64,000 bases of DNA, taken from Eledone cirrhosa (Eukaryota). The stretch covers positions 39,680,001 to 39,744,000 of the forward strand of contig OZ024746.1 in NCBI GenBank assembly GCA_964016885.1, written 5' to 3'. The notes below the pieces were generated by a model. That model worked only from the letters and a program-made list of their open reading frames with translations. It searched no databases and was not told the origin of the DNA. A program made the position numbers and the translations under genes. This document shows positions 28,051 through 41,400 of the stretch, in pieces; the stretch's first letter is position 1, and each line of letters begins with the position of its first letter.

Positions 28051-29428
28051 TTAACTTTTCCCCGTCTTCAGTAGTATTTTACCCAATTTTCTTAAATATT
28101 TTGTATAGTGATCGATTACTATTATGATGATTTGCGTTAAAATTTTTAATTTTCTCAATACTGCTTAAGTCAACCGCTTTGTTTATATAGATATATACGC
28201 ACAGTCGAAAGTGTACTGAATGTTGTACACGATGACTTCTTAATTTAGTATGATGTGCTTCGCAAACAGAGAGGGTGGACAAAACTTACTGGTGATTTTT
28301 AGCAATTCTGATATGCATGCATGGTCCCGTAACTCAGGGAGAGTCTTAAGGGCGCCGTATTGCATATGGCGTTTCTATGACGTTTTTTGTTTGTTTGTTT
28401 TTTGTTAAACCTGGTGGCGCCCATCTCCTCTCCAGGTCTGTATACAGCAGGTTTCTTCGTATATAAAGTGAGAGAATAGAAGTGAAAATGTGGAAGAATC
28501 GACCCCAGAACTAGACTGGTACTTTTATTAATCGACTTCGAATGGATGAAAGGCAAAGTTGACCTCAGTGGGATTTAACCTCAGAGAGGAGAGAGCCGAA
28601 ACGGATACGACAAGGCATTCTATCCGATGCTCTAGCAACTCTGCCAGTCCGCTGCCTTAATTCTGATTAAATTGTAGGGACAATTTCAAGAAATCAAACA
28701 TGAATTCTCATTGAATTTATATATACTTATATATAATATACATTCAAATTAGAACCGCCCTTGTAAGCTAAAAATATTAGTCATATTCAATAAAATTGAT
28801 TTTAGTAGCGTCTAGCTTTACCTATATTTGACGAATTTCTATTTTCTGTAAATGTTTAGCCTAGAAATATTACAGCGACACTAGAGTCTTGAAACATGAC
28901 CTATTGACCTTAGAAGATTAAGTGACATATAAATTAAAACCAAAGAGCAATTAAAGCAAAAGCTTTTATGTCGTGTAACGTTGTAGGTAAAGCAAAGTGA
29001 TGCTAATGTTTCCTAGAAATCTCGGATTCTGAAGAACGGACGATCGTAACTAACGAAGCATAGATGTACAGAACTGAAGGAAATATGAGAATTTCCGAGT
29101 TATTATTTGTAAGAAATTGAGTTGCGAAATAAAGAAATAGAAAGAACTGGAAGGAGAAGAGGGTGGGGGAGAGACTGATGTATCATACATAGTACAAAAT
29201 TATAGAAATCTGAAGAGAAAGAGAGAAAAGGATTATATAATAATTATTTTATGCTGATAAAGTTATAACTTTGGCGAGGAGAAATATGAATAAGATTTAC
29301 TCAAAGTACATTTTAGATCGTAATTCATATAGAAGCAACAAGAACATAAATGATGACCCAACTAGAAATAGCAACCATATTCTCCATCAGTCTTAAAAGG
29401 TCATTTAATAATAGAGTACTATATATAT

Positions 29429-29600
29429 ATAGGAAAAAGTATGACTCCGACGGCATAGCTCAAGCCGTTTCGACGGCTATTTCTGGACTAGAAGTAGCCG
29501 TCGGGGTCATACTTTTTCCTATTACCCACTCTACTACCCTAAGTATTGAGTACTCTGGTGCGTTATGGTCCACCTGGTTCCTTACCACAATTCCTTCGTT
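29429..29600. mobile_element. Short fold-back element, family E copy 2 (ribozyme core absent)
   Basis: Inverted arm 29429-29490 plus tailed arm 29491-29600, matching 25724-26097, with TA flanks. Confidence 0.85.
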
Positions 29601-29879
29601 ATATATATATATATAATATATATAATACTATGATATAGCACAATATGTATAATAAGTAGTACTATTAGTACTATAATATAGTACTCTATGTATGGATGAA
29701 TGAACTTGTAACTCTCGGTAGATTCGTAGGGGCATCGTAGTGATATACGGTGTTTCTTGGTCACAGGCAATTTTTTTTTAATAATGAAAGACAACGTTGA
29801 CCTCAGAGCGCTGAAAACCGAGACGAATTATGCAAAGTATTCGACTTGCTGTTCTAACGACTCTGCCCATAATATAAAG

Positions 29880-30047
29880 AAATGTACTGGGTAATTGATG
29901 GCCTTGTGGTACTTTATTTTATCGACCCCGTAAGGATGAAAGGCAAAGATAACCTCAGCGGGATTTGAACTCAGACCGTAAAGGGACGTAACTCTATGCT
30001 GAAAAGCATGGCGTCCGACCCTATCCGATACTGCCAATCCACCGCCC
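29880..30047 (-). mobile_element. SINE (Nin/Deu-like family)
   Basis: Reverse complement of the family consensus; flanking ACTCTGCCCATAATATAA is duplicated. Confidence 0.85.
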
Positions 30048-30169
30048 TATTACTCTGCCCATAATATAATACAGAGTGCCGCTGAAAAACCTCCCATATT
30101 TACCCATTGACAGTGTAAAATATGGGGTGGGTGTTTGATGCACCCTATACCAGATAGACTATTTCTGAA

Positions 30170-31317
30170 AGAGTAGTAGTAGTAATAGTAGTAGTAGCAG
30201 CAGCAGCAGGAACAGTACTACGACTACTAGTAGTAGTAGTAGTAGTAGTAGTAGCAGTAGCAGCAACTAGTGGTGGTGGTGGTGGTGGTAGTGGTGGTGG
30301 TAGTGGTGGTGGTAGTAGTGTGGGGGTGTTAGTGTCGGTAGTGATGGTGGTGGGGGTGGGGTAGTGTCGGGGGTGGTGGCGTAGGTAGTAGTAGTGGTGG
30401 TGGTAGTGGTGGCGGTGTTAGTAGTGGTGGTGGAGGTAGTAGTAGTGGTAGTGGTGGTGGCGGTGTTAGTGGTGGGGGGGGTAGTGTTGGTGGTGGTGGC
30501 GGTGGTAGTAGTGGTGATGGTGGTGGTAGTGGTGGTGATAGTGGTAGTGGTGGTAGTGTCGGCGGTGGTGGTGGTGTTAGTAGTAGTGGTGGTGGTGGTG
30601 GTAGTGGTGGTGGCGGGGTGGGGTAGTGTCGGTGGTCGTGGCTGAGGTAGTAGTAGTGGTGGTGGTGGTGGTAGTGTCGGCTGTGGTGGTGGTGTTAGTA
30701 GTAGTGGTGGTGGTAGTGGTGGTGGTAGTAGTAGTGGTGGTAGTGGTGGTAGTGTCGGCGGTGGTGGCGGTGTTAGTAGTGGTGGTGGTGGTGGTGGTAG
30801 TAGTGGTGGTAGTAGTGGTGGTGGTGGTAGTGGTGGTAGTGGTAGTAGTGGTGGTGGTGGTAATGGTAGTGGTGGTAGTGGTAGTGGTGGTGGTGGTGGT
30901 CGTGGTAGTAGTGGTGGTGGTTGTGGTGGTAGTAGTAGTGTCGGTGGTTGTTGTGGTGGTAGTGGTGGTGTTTGTGGTGGTGGTGGTGGTAGTAGTGGTG
31001 GTGGTTGTGGTAATAGCAGTAGCAGCAGCAGCAGCAGTAGTAGTAATAGTAGTAGTGATTGTAGTAGTGGTTGTGGTAATAGTAGTAGTAGTAGTATTAG
31101 TAGTGGTGGTGGTTGTAGTTGTAGTAGTGGTTGTGGTAATAGCAGTAGCAGCAGCAATAGCAATAGTAGTAGCAATAGTAGTAGTAGTAGTAGTAGTAGA
31201 AGTGGTTGTAGTAATGGTTGTGGTAATAGCAGCAGCAGCAGTAGCAATAGTAGTAGCAGTAGTAGTAGAAGTGGTTGTAGTAATGGTTGTGGTAATAGCA
31301 GTAGCAATAGTAGTAGC

Positions 31318-31361
<44 letters not shown>

Positions 31362-31406
31362 AAGTGGTTGTAGTAATGGTTGTGGTAATAGCAGCAGCAG
31401 TAGCAA

Positions 31407-31448
<42 letters not shown>

Positions 31449-31485
31449 AAGTGGTTGTAGTAATGGTTGTGGTAATAGCAGCAGC

Positions 31486-31523
<38 letters not shown>

Positions 31524-31773
31524 AAGTGGTTGTAGTAATGGTTGTGGTAATAGCAGCAGCAGTAGCAATAGCAGTAGTAGTAGTAGTAGTAGTAGAAGTG
31601 GTTGTAGTAATGGTTGTGGTAATAGCAGCAGCAGTAGTAGTAGTAGTAGTAGTATTAGTAGAAGTGGTTGTAGTAATGGTTGTGGTAATAGCAGCAGCAG
31701 TAGCAATAGTAATAGCAGTAGTAGTAGTAGTAGTAGTAGTAGTAGAAGTGGTTGTAGTAATGGTTGTGGTAAT

Positions 31774-31853
<80 letters not shown>

Positions 31854-31855
31854 AA
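30170..31855. repeat. Compound (GTA/GTG/GCA)n array with a higher-order unit
   Basis: GAAGTGGTTGTAGTAATGGTTGTGGTAATAGCAG recurs 8 times between 31199 and 31780, separated by variable (GTA)n. Confidence 0.9.
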
Positions 31856-32799
31856 TAAAGTTAAAATATCGATTTGAAAAAGATGTGTGATAAAATTAGT
31901 GAAGCATCAGAACTGATCGCGACAGCTTTACATAGATGGAAGGAGAAATAGGAGACGAAAGGGTAAAAAAAAGAAAAGAAATACAGAAAGATAAGAGAAA
32001 ACGAAATCCTATGTCACCTCCTGAGAATGAAGTGGCATGTAGAAGAAAATTTAGAAGACAGTGAAATTATAGATGACAGATATCACTTGGAAGTAACTTA
32101 GTAGAACGAAGTAGATGTAGTTTGTGACAGAAAGTGATGTACGATCTTTTGAACAGAAATAAATGCCGTCAGATTTATTACTTATTTTAAGAAATTGGTA
32201 AAATACTGAAGTCAATTTGATTGTTCGTATTGTGTTGAATTATTTCTGACATTGGCAGCTAAAGGATTGTTAAGGAGGTTCTAATATAAAGAAGACTAAC
32301 AGAGGATTGTTCTGTTGAATATAACGACAGCCAGAACGATTTAAGTATATATATGTTCTATCTAATACGCACGTAGTTAAAAGTTTTGTGTGAATATTGA
32401 TTTCTTACCTTGGCACACAAGCTGAAGCTGAATAATTGTAGCGGGGGATTTTAGTCGTTTGAACTAACCTTTATTACATAACTGGTATTCAGTGTCTCTA
32501 TTCCGAGATGAATAAAAAAACAAACATGATCCCGAAAGGATTTAAATCTAGAATCTAAAAAAATATGTTAAGTCGCTCTCGAGCACTAGTGGTAGAATAT
32601 AACCCAGTACAACCAGCTACATAGTCTGGTAGTTAGGTCGTAGGGGACTAAACTGGCAATCCCACCAAACTTGCTTTGTGAGGGGGGGGGGGGATTTTTG
32701 GACACCCTGCATGATGTAAAAGAAAACCTGACAAAGGGCGGAGAAACTCAGGAAAGTCAATGGCCATCCAATAAAGTATGTACATGTGTATATATATTT

Positions 32800-33297
32800 A
32801 TATATTTTATGTGTATTTAGTTGCGATTTTCTACGTTCTGAGTTCAAATTCCACCCAATTCAACTTTGCTTTTCATATTTCCGAGGTCGATAACAAAATT
32901 CCAGTCAAGTACTGGGAGCAATGTAATCGTCTTTCTTCCTCCCTACAAATTGTTTGTCTTGAGCCTAAATTAGAAATCATTATCAAATCCCGCCGAAGTT
33001 AACTTTGCCTTTCATCCTTACGGGGTTGATAAAATAAAGTACCAGTAATGCACTGGGTAATTGCTGGCCTTGTGCCAAAAGTAGAAACAATTATTATTAT
33101 TGTATGGGCGGTGGATTGGTAGTATTGGTAGTATTAGTAGAGGGTCGGACGCTATGCTTTGAAGCATAGAGTTACGGTCCTTTACTGTCTGAGTTCAAAT
33201 ATTGCCTTTCATCCTTACGGGGTCGATAAAATAAAGTACCAGTAATACACTGGGATAATTGCTGGCCTTGTGCCAAAAGTAGAAACAATTATTATTG
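32800..33297 (+). mobile_element. Cluster of three SINE copies or fragments
   Basis: Repeated B-box and GCCTTTCATCC domains, each copy ending in AGAAA(C)AATTATT-like sequence. Confidence 0.8.
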
Positions 33298-34017
33298 TTG
33301 TATGAATACATTTGTTCATTTTATGGCATTATAAACATGTAATATTTAACAAAGTGCTAGCTGTAACTCTAAATAGTATCAAAAAATAGAATACACGTAG
33401 ATTACATAACTACGTTAAACAGCAGTTTCATATTTTTTACACACAAATGCACAAACATTCCGAAATAAAGCTACACACACATCGTTGTTTTGTGTATTTT
33501 TTTATGCAGAAGCGTACAATAAATGTAGATATTCGTATTTGTGTTGGTAATGTCATTTACATCGGTAAATATTATGTCTCCAAATCCCATTTACAAACGT
33601 TTATATAGAGGCTTGCATAAACAACTTCGACAAAGAATCTTCTATATATTTTTTACGTGAACACGTGTATACAAATAAGTATGCATGGATGTGTAATAAT
33701 GCAAACAAACATTCTATGATAGCAAGAAGCGATCTATTATTTTAATGTGAAGAAAGACAAGTTGTCCTGCACTTTCAGTGACTCAGCTTTAAACGTATGT
33801 TGCATTACTTAATGTGCAGTTTTTATTTCACTTCTAACTTATATGTGCGTACGTGTGATGAGCAAACACACACGGATACATAAATAAGTACATACGCAAA
33901 CATATGTGTGTATGCATGTAAAAAGTATGGACACTAAATATATATACAGTATATATATATATATATATATATACAGTATATATATATACAGTATATATAT
34001 ATATATACACACACACA

Positions 34018-34081
<64 letters not shown>

Positions 34082-34088
34082 GACACAT

Positions 34089-34185
<97 letters not shown>

Positions 34186-34210
34186 GATATATATATATAT
34201 ATATATATAT

Positions 34211-34266
<56 letters not shown>

Positions 34267-34308
34267 GTTTATATATATATAGAGAGAGATATAGATATAT
34301 ACACATAT

Positions 34309-34371
<63 letters not shown>

Positions 34372-34712
34372 TATATACACATATGTTTATATATATATAT
34401 ATATAAGCTTACGTAAATACCGAACTAGGTTATATTTAGACAAGTTAGTCGGAAAATCATCCATTTCAATGGTCATTTTGCAGTTTATAGCTCTTTGCTA
34501 TAAGGACTGTTTATTTTTGTTAGATAAGCGAAATGACAAAGGGTTTATTGTCGTTTGTTATAGAATCTAATACGACATTGTGTAGGAGGTAGAAAGTTAG
34601 AGAAGCATCTGACGGAACACAGTGGCATAAGTAGATAGAAGTAAAACTTATATGATTCAAATTTAAATAGTCATTATCTGTACAGAAAGATTTTATTATT
34701 TCCAAGGGCTTT

Positions 34713-35287
34713 TCTAGCATAGTTACGTCCCTTTACATTCTGAGTTCAAATCCCGCCGAGGTTAACTTTGCCTTTCATCCTTACGGGGTCGATAAATTAA
34801 AGTACCAGTAATGTACTGGGTAATTGCTGGCCTTGTGCCTAAAGTAGAAACAATTATTTCCAAGGGCAGTGGATTGGCAGTATCGGTAGAGGGTCGGACG
34901 CCATGCTTTCCAGCATAGTTACGTCCCTTTACGATCTGAGTTCAAATCCCGCCGAGGTTGACTTTGCCTTTCATCCTTACGGGGTTGATAAAATAAAGTA
35001 CCAGTAATGAACTGGGTAATTTGCTGGCCTTGTGCCTAAAGTAGAAACAATTATTTCCAATATATGGGTGGTAGATTGGCAGTATGGGTTGAGCGTCAGA
35101 CATCATACTCTCCGGCATATCGTTACTGCCTATTAGGTTCTGAGTTGATATCCCGCCGAGGATAGCTTTGCCTCTCATCCATACGGGATCGATAAAATGA
35201 AGTACCAGTAACGCACTGGGGTCGACTCAATGGACTTTCCCTTCCCTTCAAATTGCTGACCTTGTGCCAAAAGTAGAAATAATTATT
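34713..35287 (+). mobile_element. Head-to-tail array of three SINEs
   Basis: ATTATTTCCA occurs before, between and after the units. Confidence 0.88.
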
Positions 35288-35347
35288 TCCAGTATATTAA
35301 AAGCTTCAATATTGCACAGACACACACTCACTTACGCACACACACAC

Positions 35348-35417
<70 letters not shown>

Positions 35418-35910
35418 CTGCTGCGGGCAAGTGTCAACAATGAGTCGTCAAAGTGTCGGAGTAAATGATTCGTTCTTTGTAATGGCTTATTGCGCACTAA
35501 GTTCAAATCTCGTGAAAGCAACTTTGCTTTACATTCTTTTGAGATCGATAATTGATGTACCATTCCAAGTGCAGTGAATTGTCGGAAGTGTTAATCGGTG
35601 AAGATGCTTCGTGCACTCTGTACGCTGTACATTCTTCTTCTTCTTCTTCTTCTTCTTCTTAGACATTAACATTTCTAATATATAATACCCAATGTGTGTT
35701 GGTTTGTTGGTCCAATGTCATGTTTGACAACATATAAAGAGTGGAAGAGAATGAGACTGAGAGGGAGATAGTTAATATATGGGTTGAAGGAGGATTATAC
35801 ATACTCATTAATTTCACGAGCAGGCTGTTCTGTTGTTTCAACACCTGGAACATTCACCGTCGTAACAGACGACCCTAACCACTATTTCATGAGCCTACAC
35901 ATCTTCACAT

Positions 35911-35944
<34 letters not shown>

Positions 35945-35947
<3 letters not shown>

Positions 35948-36358
35948 GGAGGTGAGTTTTATTGTAGTACAATAAAGCAATGCAGATATCGGATAAGAAG
36001 CACTCTACAGTTTGTAGGACTGGAGTATAAATAAGATGGTTAAAAGAGTTCCATGTATTCTATTATGCGCATTTCAAAAACAAATATCATCATTCAATAA
36101 TATTTGTGTTTTCATCAGATAAAATAGGAAGACATGATATGAAGGTTAAAAAACACTTGTGGATAGTGCAGTTTTAAATCAACATATGATATGTTGATTT
36201 AAAACTGCACTATCCACAAGTGTTTTTTAACCTTCATATCATGTCTTCCTATTTTATCTGATGAAAACACAAATATTATTGCATGATGATATTTGTTTTT
36301 GAAATGCGCATAATAAAATACATGGAACTCTTTTAACCATCTTTTGTTCTTATATATT
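35945..36358. mobile_element. Fold-back HHR element, family A copy 2
   Basis: Palindrome 36033-36343 centred on a single G at 36188, with a tail at 35945-36030 on the left arm only and (TA)n flanks. Confidence 0.9.
36250..36320 (+). ncRNA. Type I minimal hammerhead ribozyme (mirror copy at 36056-36126, minus strand)
   Basis: TATTTTAT-CTGATGA-AAACACAAATAT...ATATTTGTTTTT-GAAA-TGCGCA-TA-ATAAAATA. Predicted cleavage after 36312. Confidence 0.9.
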
Positions 36359-36586
36359 GTATATATATATATATATATATTGGAATGGTGAAGCTAAATC
36401 TGACTAATGGAAAAGGGGTTAATTCTACTGATGCTGTGAATTAGTTCATTCTAAATCATATGCTACCGGTGCCTTAAGAAAGCAACACCAAAATTCAGCA
36501 CGGAGCATATCAAAGAATTGAAATAACATACGTAAGCTTTATTCCATCGTTATGTTTTTCTGGGGAGTTTTCTGTTCAACTTCTAC

Positions 36587-36653
36587 CTGTCTGATGAGGT
36601 CATAGCTGTTGGATAATGGTTATCACCGAAATATATATATATATATATAACAG
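36587..36653 (+). ncRNA. Type I hammerhead ribozyme with (TA)8 stem III
   Basis: CTGT-CTGATGA-GGTCATAGCTGT-TGGATA-ATGGTTATCACC-GAAA-(TA)8-TA-ACAG. Confidence 0.85.
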
Positions 36654-36980
36654 TGACTATGAATAAACGAACTTAATTTTAACCTGTTGTCTTACACTTC
36701 TTGCTTATATATATATATAATAGTATACCATCCTTTGTGAAACAGGTTTATTTTTTGAAGTTCGGACTGATCTGCTGAAAAGGTTTGAATTTTGGAATTT
36801 AAACTTGTCTAGGCACCAGGGTAGTTGCCGATATACGTCTGTGAGTATAGATTTATTATTTTTTCAGATCGATACAGGCAGACTATATGTATTTGAATTA
36901 AGGTATTTCTATCTGGCTAAATTATTGTCAATTTGCAATAAAAACACATTAGTGTTGATCATATATTTTTTATATTAACT

Positions 36981-37025
<45 letters not shown>

Positions 37026-37063
37026 CTATATATATATATGTGTATGTGTGTGTGTGTCTGTGT

Positions 37064-37110
<47 letters not shown>

Positions 37111-37292
37111 ATGTATATAAATTCTGGTAACAATATTTATTGTATATTACAAACGTCTGATCCATTCCAAACTTCATGACTTCGTTTATCTGGAAATCTA
37201 TAAACTCTGTGCTTTATTAAGATTCAAGCGAATACGCACATACACGCACACATATACACACACGCATATGTATACATACACAAGCATACATA

Positions 37293-37345
<53 letters not shown>

Positions 37346-38103
37346 TCTCCCTTTCTCTCGATAATTTCCCTATCTTCCCTTTATCCAGTGTACTAATACT
37401 AATAACAAACAATGGCCGGAAACAAGAATCCAGATTTAGAAAGAAGGTGTGGTTGGCCTTCTTTATTCTTCTATTTTTATTAGTCAATCTTCATTTGTCA
37501 TAGGCGTCAACGTCATTGTGTCTATAAACTGTCTGTGCTTTACTTCCAGCACAACGTAGTCAAACCGTTTTACTCTTTACACGCGATTTTTATTTTTCTT
37601 CTTTCCGCTGCTACCGAAGCAAAGAGAAGCCCACCTGGAATACATCGGAAGAACAAACAATTCAATCCTGCTAACGCCCACTATATATATATTAATACTT
37701 GTTTCTACTTTTGGCACAAGGCCAGCAATTACCCAATGCATTACTGGTACTTTATTCTATCGACCCCGGAAGGATGAAAGGCAAATATAATAATACTGTG
37801 GTCATATAATGGCATAAGAACCTAATACATAGCATGTAGGCTGTTAATAACGCTGATATTCTATACATAAATCAATTTATCCCCCTAGATAGTCAGAAGC
37901 GGAGTAACTTTTTAACTACTTACCAGCATATGAATTTAGTTTAGTGAGATTGTAGGCGGTGAATTCAGAATATCAGAACATCTGAATTTTTTTACGATAT
38001 TTGTTCCGACTCTCAACACTGAATTTAAATCCCAATATGGTCAACTTTGCCTTTTTTTTAGGGGTTTATAAAAATGTACCTTACTAGTCCACTACGGGGG
38101 TCG

Positions 38104-38137
<34 letters not shown>

Positions 38138-38488
38138 CTGAAAGAGATCGGTTATGCTTAGAACTGTTTCATTCGTAAGACCATCCAGTGAGACCATTTT
38201 ATCGTGGCTAGAAGACTTACATAATAATAATAATAATAATGCTTTCTTTATTAACCACAAGGGTTTACATAAAGTACACATTAAGGACAGTACAGGACAA
38301 TACAGGACGGTACAAATTGGCATTTCTGCGTGTAAAAAAAACAGAGGATGTAATAAAAAAAATAACAATGAAAAATTCCCCAATAGGGGGGAGACTTCCG
38401 AGGGACATTTGTGAAGAAAGCCCATTAAAAGGCCACAGTGACCCTGACCACCAGGGCAAGTGCCCTCTCCCAGTTTTCCACCTTTAAT

Positions 38489-41400
38489 TTACAGACACAT
38501 ACTCAGAGTAGGCCCATTCATTTGGGCCATACTTGCTTCTCTCACCCATCTTTCAACAAAATGCTGGGAAGAGAGCACTTCCCTCTCTACCCTGATTTTC
38601 CTTTTCAAATGAAATTTGAAAAAGTTAATCAGGGCATCACCGAAGAGGTAAGTGCTCGTCTTCAGCCCTTTCAAACGTGTCCACCATACTATCTCTTTCG
38701 CCATGGCCACAAGACAGATAAAAACTGCCTGCCCTTCCCGGCTAAAGGAAGAAGGTGGGGCAATCCTCACGATGGACTCTGCTGATAGCTGGATCCGTCC
38801 TACACGTGACAGCAGGTGTGCGTCATAAACCCACAAGTCAGCAATGCTCGGACACTGGACGAGTGCGTGCAGGACGGTTTCGTCGCCCTGCGCGCATCTC
38901 GGACATTCCCGGCTGACGGCACCTCCATGCCTGTAGTTTATCCCGAACTGGCAAAGCTCCTCGGTAGCACTGCCAGACCAGGGATTTCTGGAAGTTGTCC
39001 ATAGGCCCCGGCCCGAAAGTCCTTCCGAAGAGATTGGCTAGTTGATTTTCGTCGACGCCTAGAGTTTCTCCAAGTACGTCGTCGCTCTTCCCCTCCACTA
39101 ATGCTCTATAGAACGCCAAGGTGGAGTTTCCACCGATCACATTGCCCGATTGGTCGAGCACTGTGAGCGCCTGAAGACATTCCAGTCTCCAAGCGATCCC
39201 TCTCGGTCTTCGCTTGACCCAGGACTGCAGCACCGTCAAAGAGACGAGCTGGAGAAAGACGCGTCTAGCAAACGGCGACCACACCTGATCACCGTCGAGG
39301 AAGAGGTGGAGATGTCGTAGCCTGAGCGCGTGTCTGCGCATCATCATCCACGGCATGTCCAGGCCTCCACGTAGCGGGTGTTGACAGCAGATGGACCTTC
39401 CACAAAAAGCGAAAGAGCAAACGCTCCAGCGCAGTGAGGCGGGGCTTACGACAAGGTACAACGGTCAGGCGGTAGTAGATGACGGATGCGATATACGCGT
39501 TAGCCCCCTCCACTCGACCTTTCAGGGATAGCTTCCTCTCCGCCCATTTCTGGGTGAGAGAAGCCACCCTGCTCGTCACCTCGTCGCAGTTTTTGTCCGT
39601 CTGGAGGTCCGGACTGAACCAAACCCCTAGCAATTTAACCGGTCCGTTCGTCCAGCGCCCGACGACGCTGTTGGACGGCATGGACCTGCCTCTCCAGGTG
39701 CCGAGCTGCAGGCCCACTGACTTTTCCTGGTTGATCATTGCTCCTGTCACCGCTTCGTATTATCTTAGTGTAGTGCCGATCGCCTCGATGTGTTTGGCGT
39801 TCGACACCACTACGGTGACATCGTCCGCATATGCTAACACGGATCTTCCTAGTTCGCGCGGGACCCCCTCAACGTCTCCAGTTTGTGCAGTAATGGCTCG
39901 AGAGTCAATACGTACAAGAGGGACGAGAGGGGACATCCTTGGCGGACCGAGCGCATGATGTTGAACGGTTCTGAAAGGTGACCGTTCACTCTCACTACAG
40001 AGCAGATGTCGCTGTGCATGGCAGCGATCCAGCATCTGAAGACGGGCCCAAAGCCAGCCGCCCTCAGGACTGCCGCTAGGTAACAATGGTCGACCCTATC
40101 GAAAGCTTTCGACTGATCTAAATTGATCAAAGCCCCCCCCCCCCCGTTCCAGGTTCCCTACCTACTCTCTCTACGATGTATCGCATGAGGTGGAGGTTAT
40201 CGTGGATGGATCTGTCGGGAATGGCGCACGTCTGCGCCTCTCCCACCAGACCACCAACGACAAGCGCCAACCTCTTTGCTAGCACCTTGGCCAAAATCTT
40301 GAACTCTGTGTTTAGCAGAGTTATGGGCCTGAAATTATCTATGTTATCCCCCTTGTTCGGATCCTTTCTCAGCAGCGCCACAGCTCCTCGGCTCACAGAG
40401 CTGGGAATCCTCCCGTTCTGTTGCCAGTTGCAGTAGACGTCCGCCAAGAGGCCTCCGAACAAGTCTGGCATCTGTACGTAAAGTTCATAGGGCAGACCAT
40501 CCAAACCAGGCGATTTACCCCTTGTGCAGCCAGTCATTGCCTCCCGTACTTCAGCGGCTGTTATCGGCTTTTCGAAACACTCCGCCTCAGTGGCCGAGAG
40601 CCGCGGCAGTCCGTCGAGGTAGGCACTAAAGTCCATCCCTCGATTCAGCCCGCCGCTTCCCCCGAACAGCTGGGCGAAGTGTCGCTGGAAAGCTTCACAC
40701 ATTTGCCCGGTGTCGAGTAGCATGCGCCCGTCATGGTCCACCAAAGACCGGATCGTGGCTTTTTTGCCACGACGCGCCTCCGCCACTCGGGTCCATTGAA
40801 CGGCTTTCGTCCCCACGTGTCTGAGAGCATGCACCCTAGCTCTGACAACGCAGCCTTCGTGCTTTGCATTGAATAATTGGTCAAGGGCCAATTTCGCCGC
40901 AAGTACGTCGGTCGCGATGCCTTTGCTAAGCGCCTCATCTAATTTTATAACTAGTTCTCCCTCTGCTCTATTTTTCTCTATTGCTAAAGCCTTACTAAAT
41001 CTAATGGACTCTATTCTAATCGCTCTTTTCAGAGCAAACCACCACTTGTTGTTGACGATGGCCCCCGCCAACACCCGCTTAACTAGTTCGCTAATCCGGT
41101 CTTTGTAGGCCTTGCGCGCTGGTAAGGACGCGTTTAGCTTCCAGTAGCCGGGTCCTCGTCTATGAAGCCTATCTAAGTCAAGCACACAGATCACGAATTT
41201 GTGGTCCGTGTAGCTGACTATCTTGAATTGTGGACAGCCTATGCTAGACCTATCTATTTCCCTACAAAATACTCTATCTAGATATGATCTGGATGACCCT
41301 ATGCAATTTGTCCAAGTCCACATTGGCACATTCAGGAAATCCAATCGGTACCTGTCAGACAGTTTAAAACGCCTGAGCAGGTTGGTGAGGCTCTTTCACC

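Noticed and set aside
30267-31858. 479-aa poly-L/P/T and 410-aa poly-V ORFs (mucin- or extensin-like appearance)
   Set aside because: They come from a trinucleotide repeat array that is open in several frames by composition, with no credible start or splice context.
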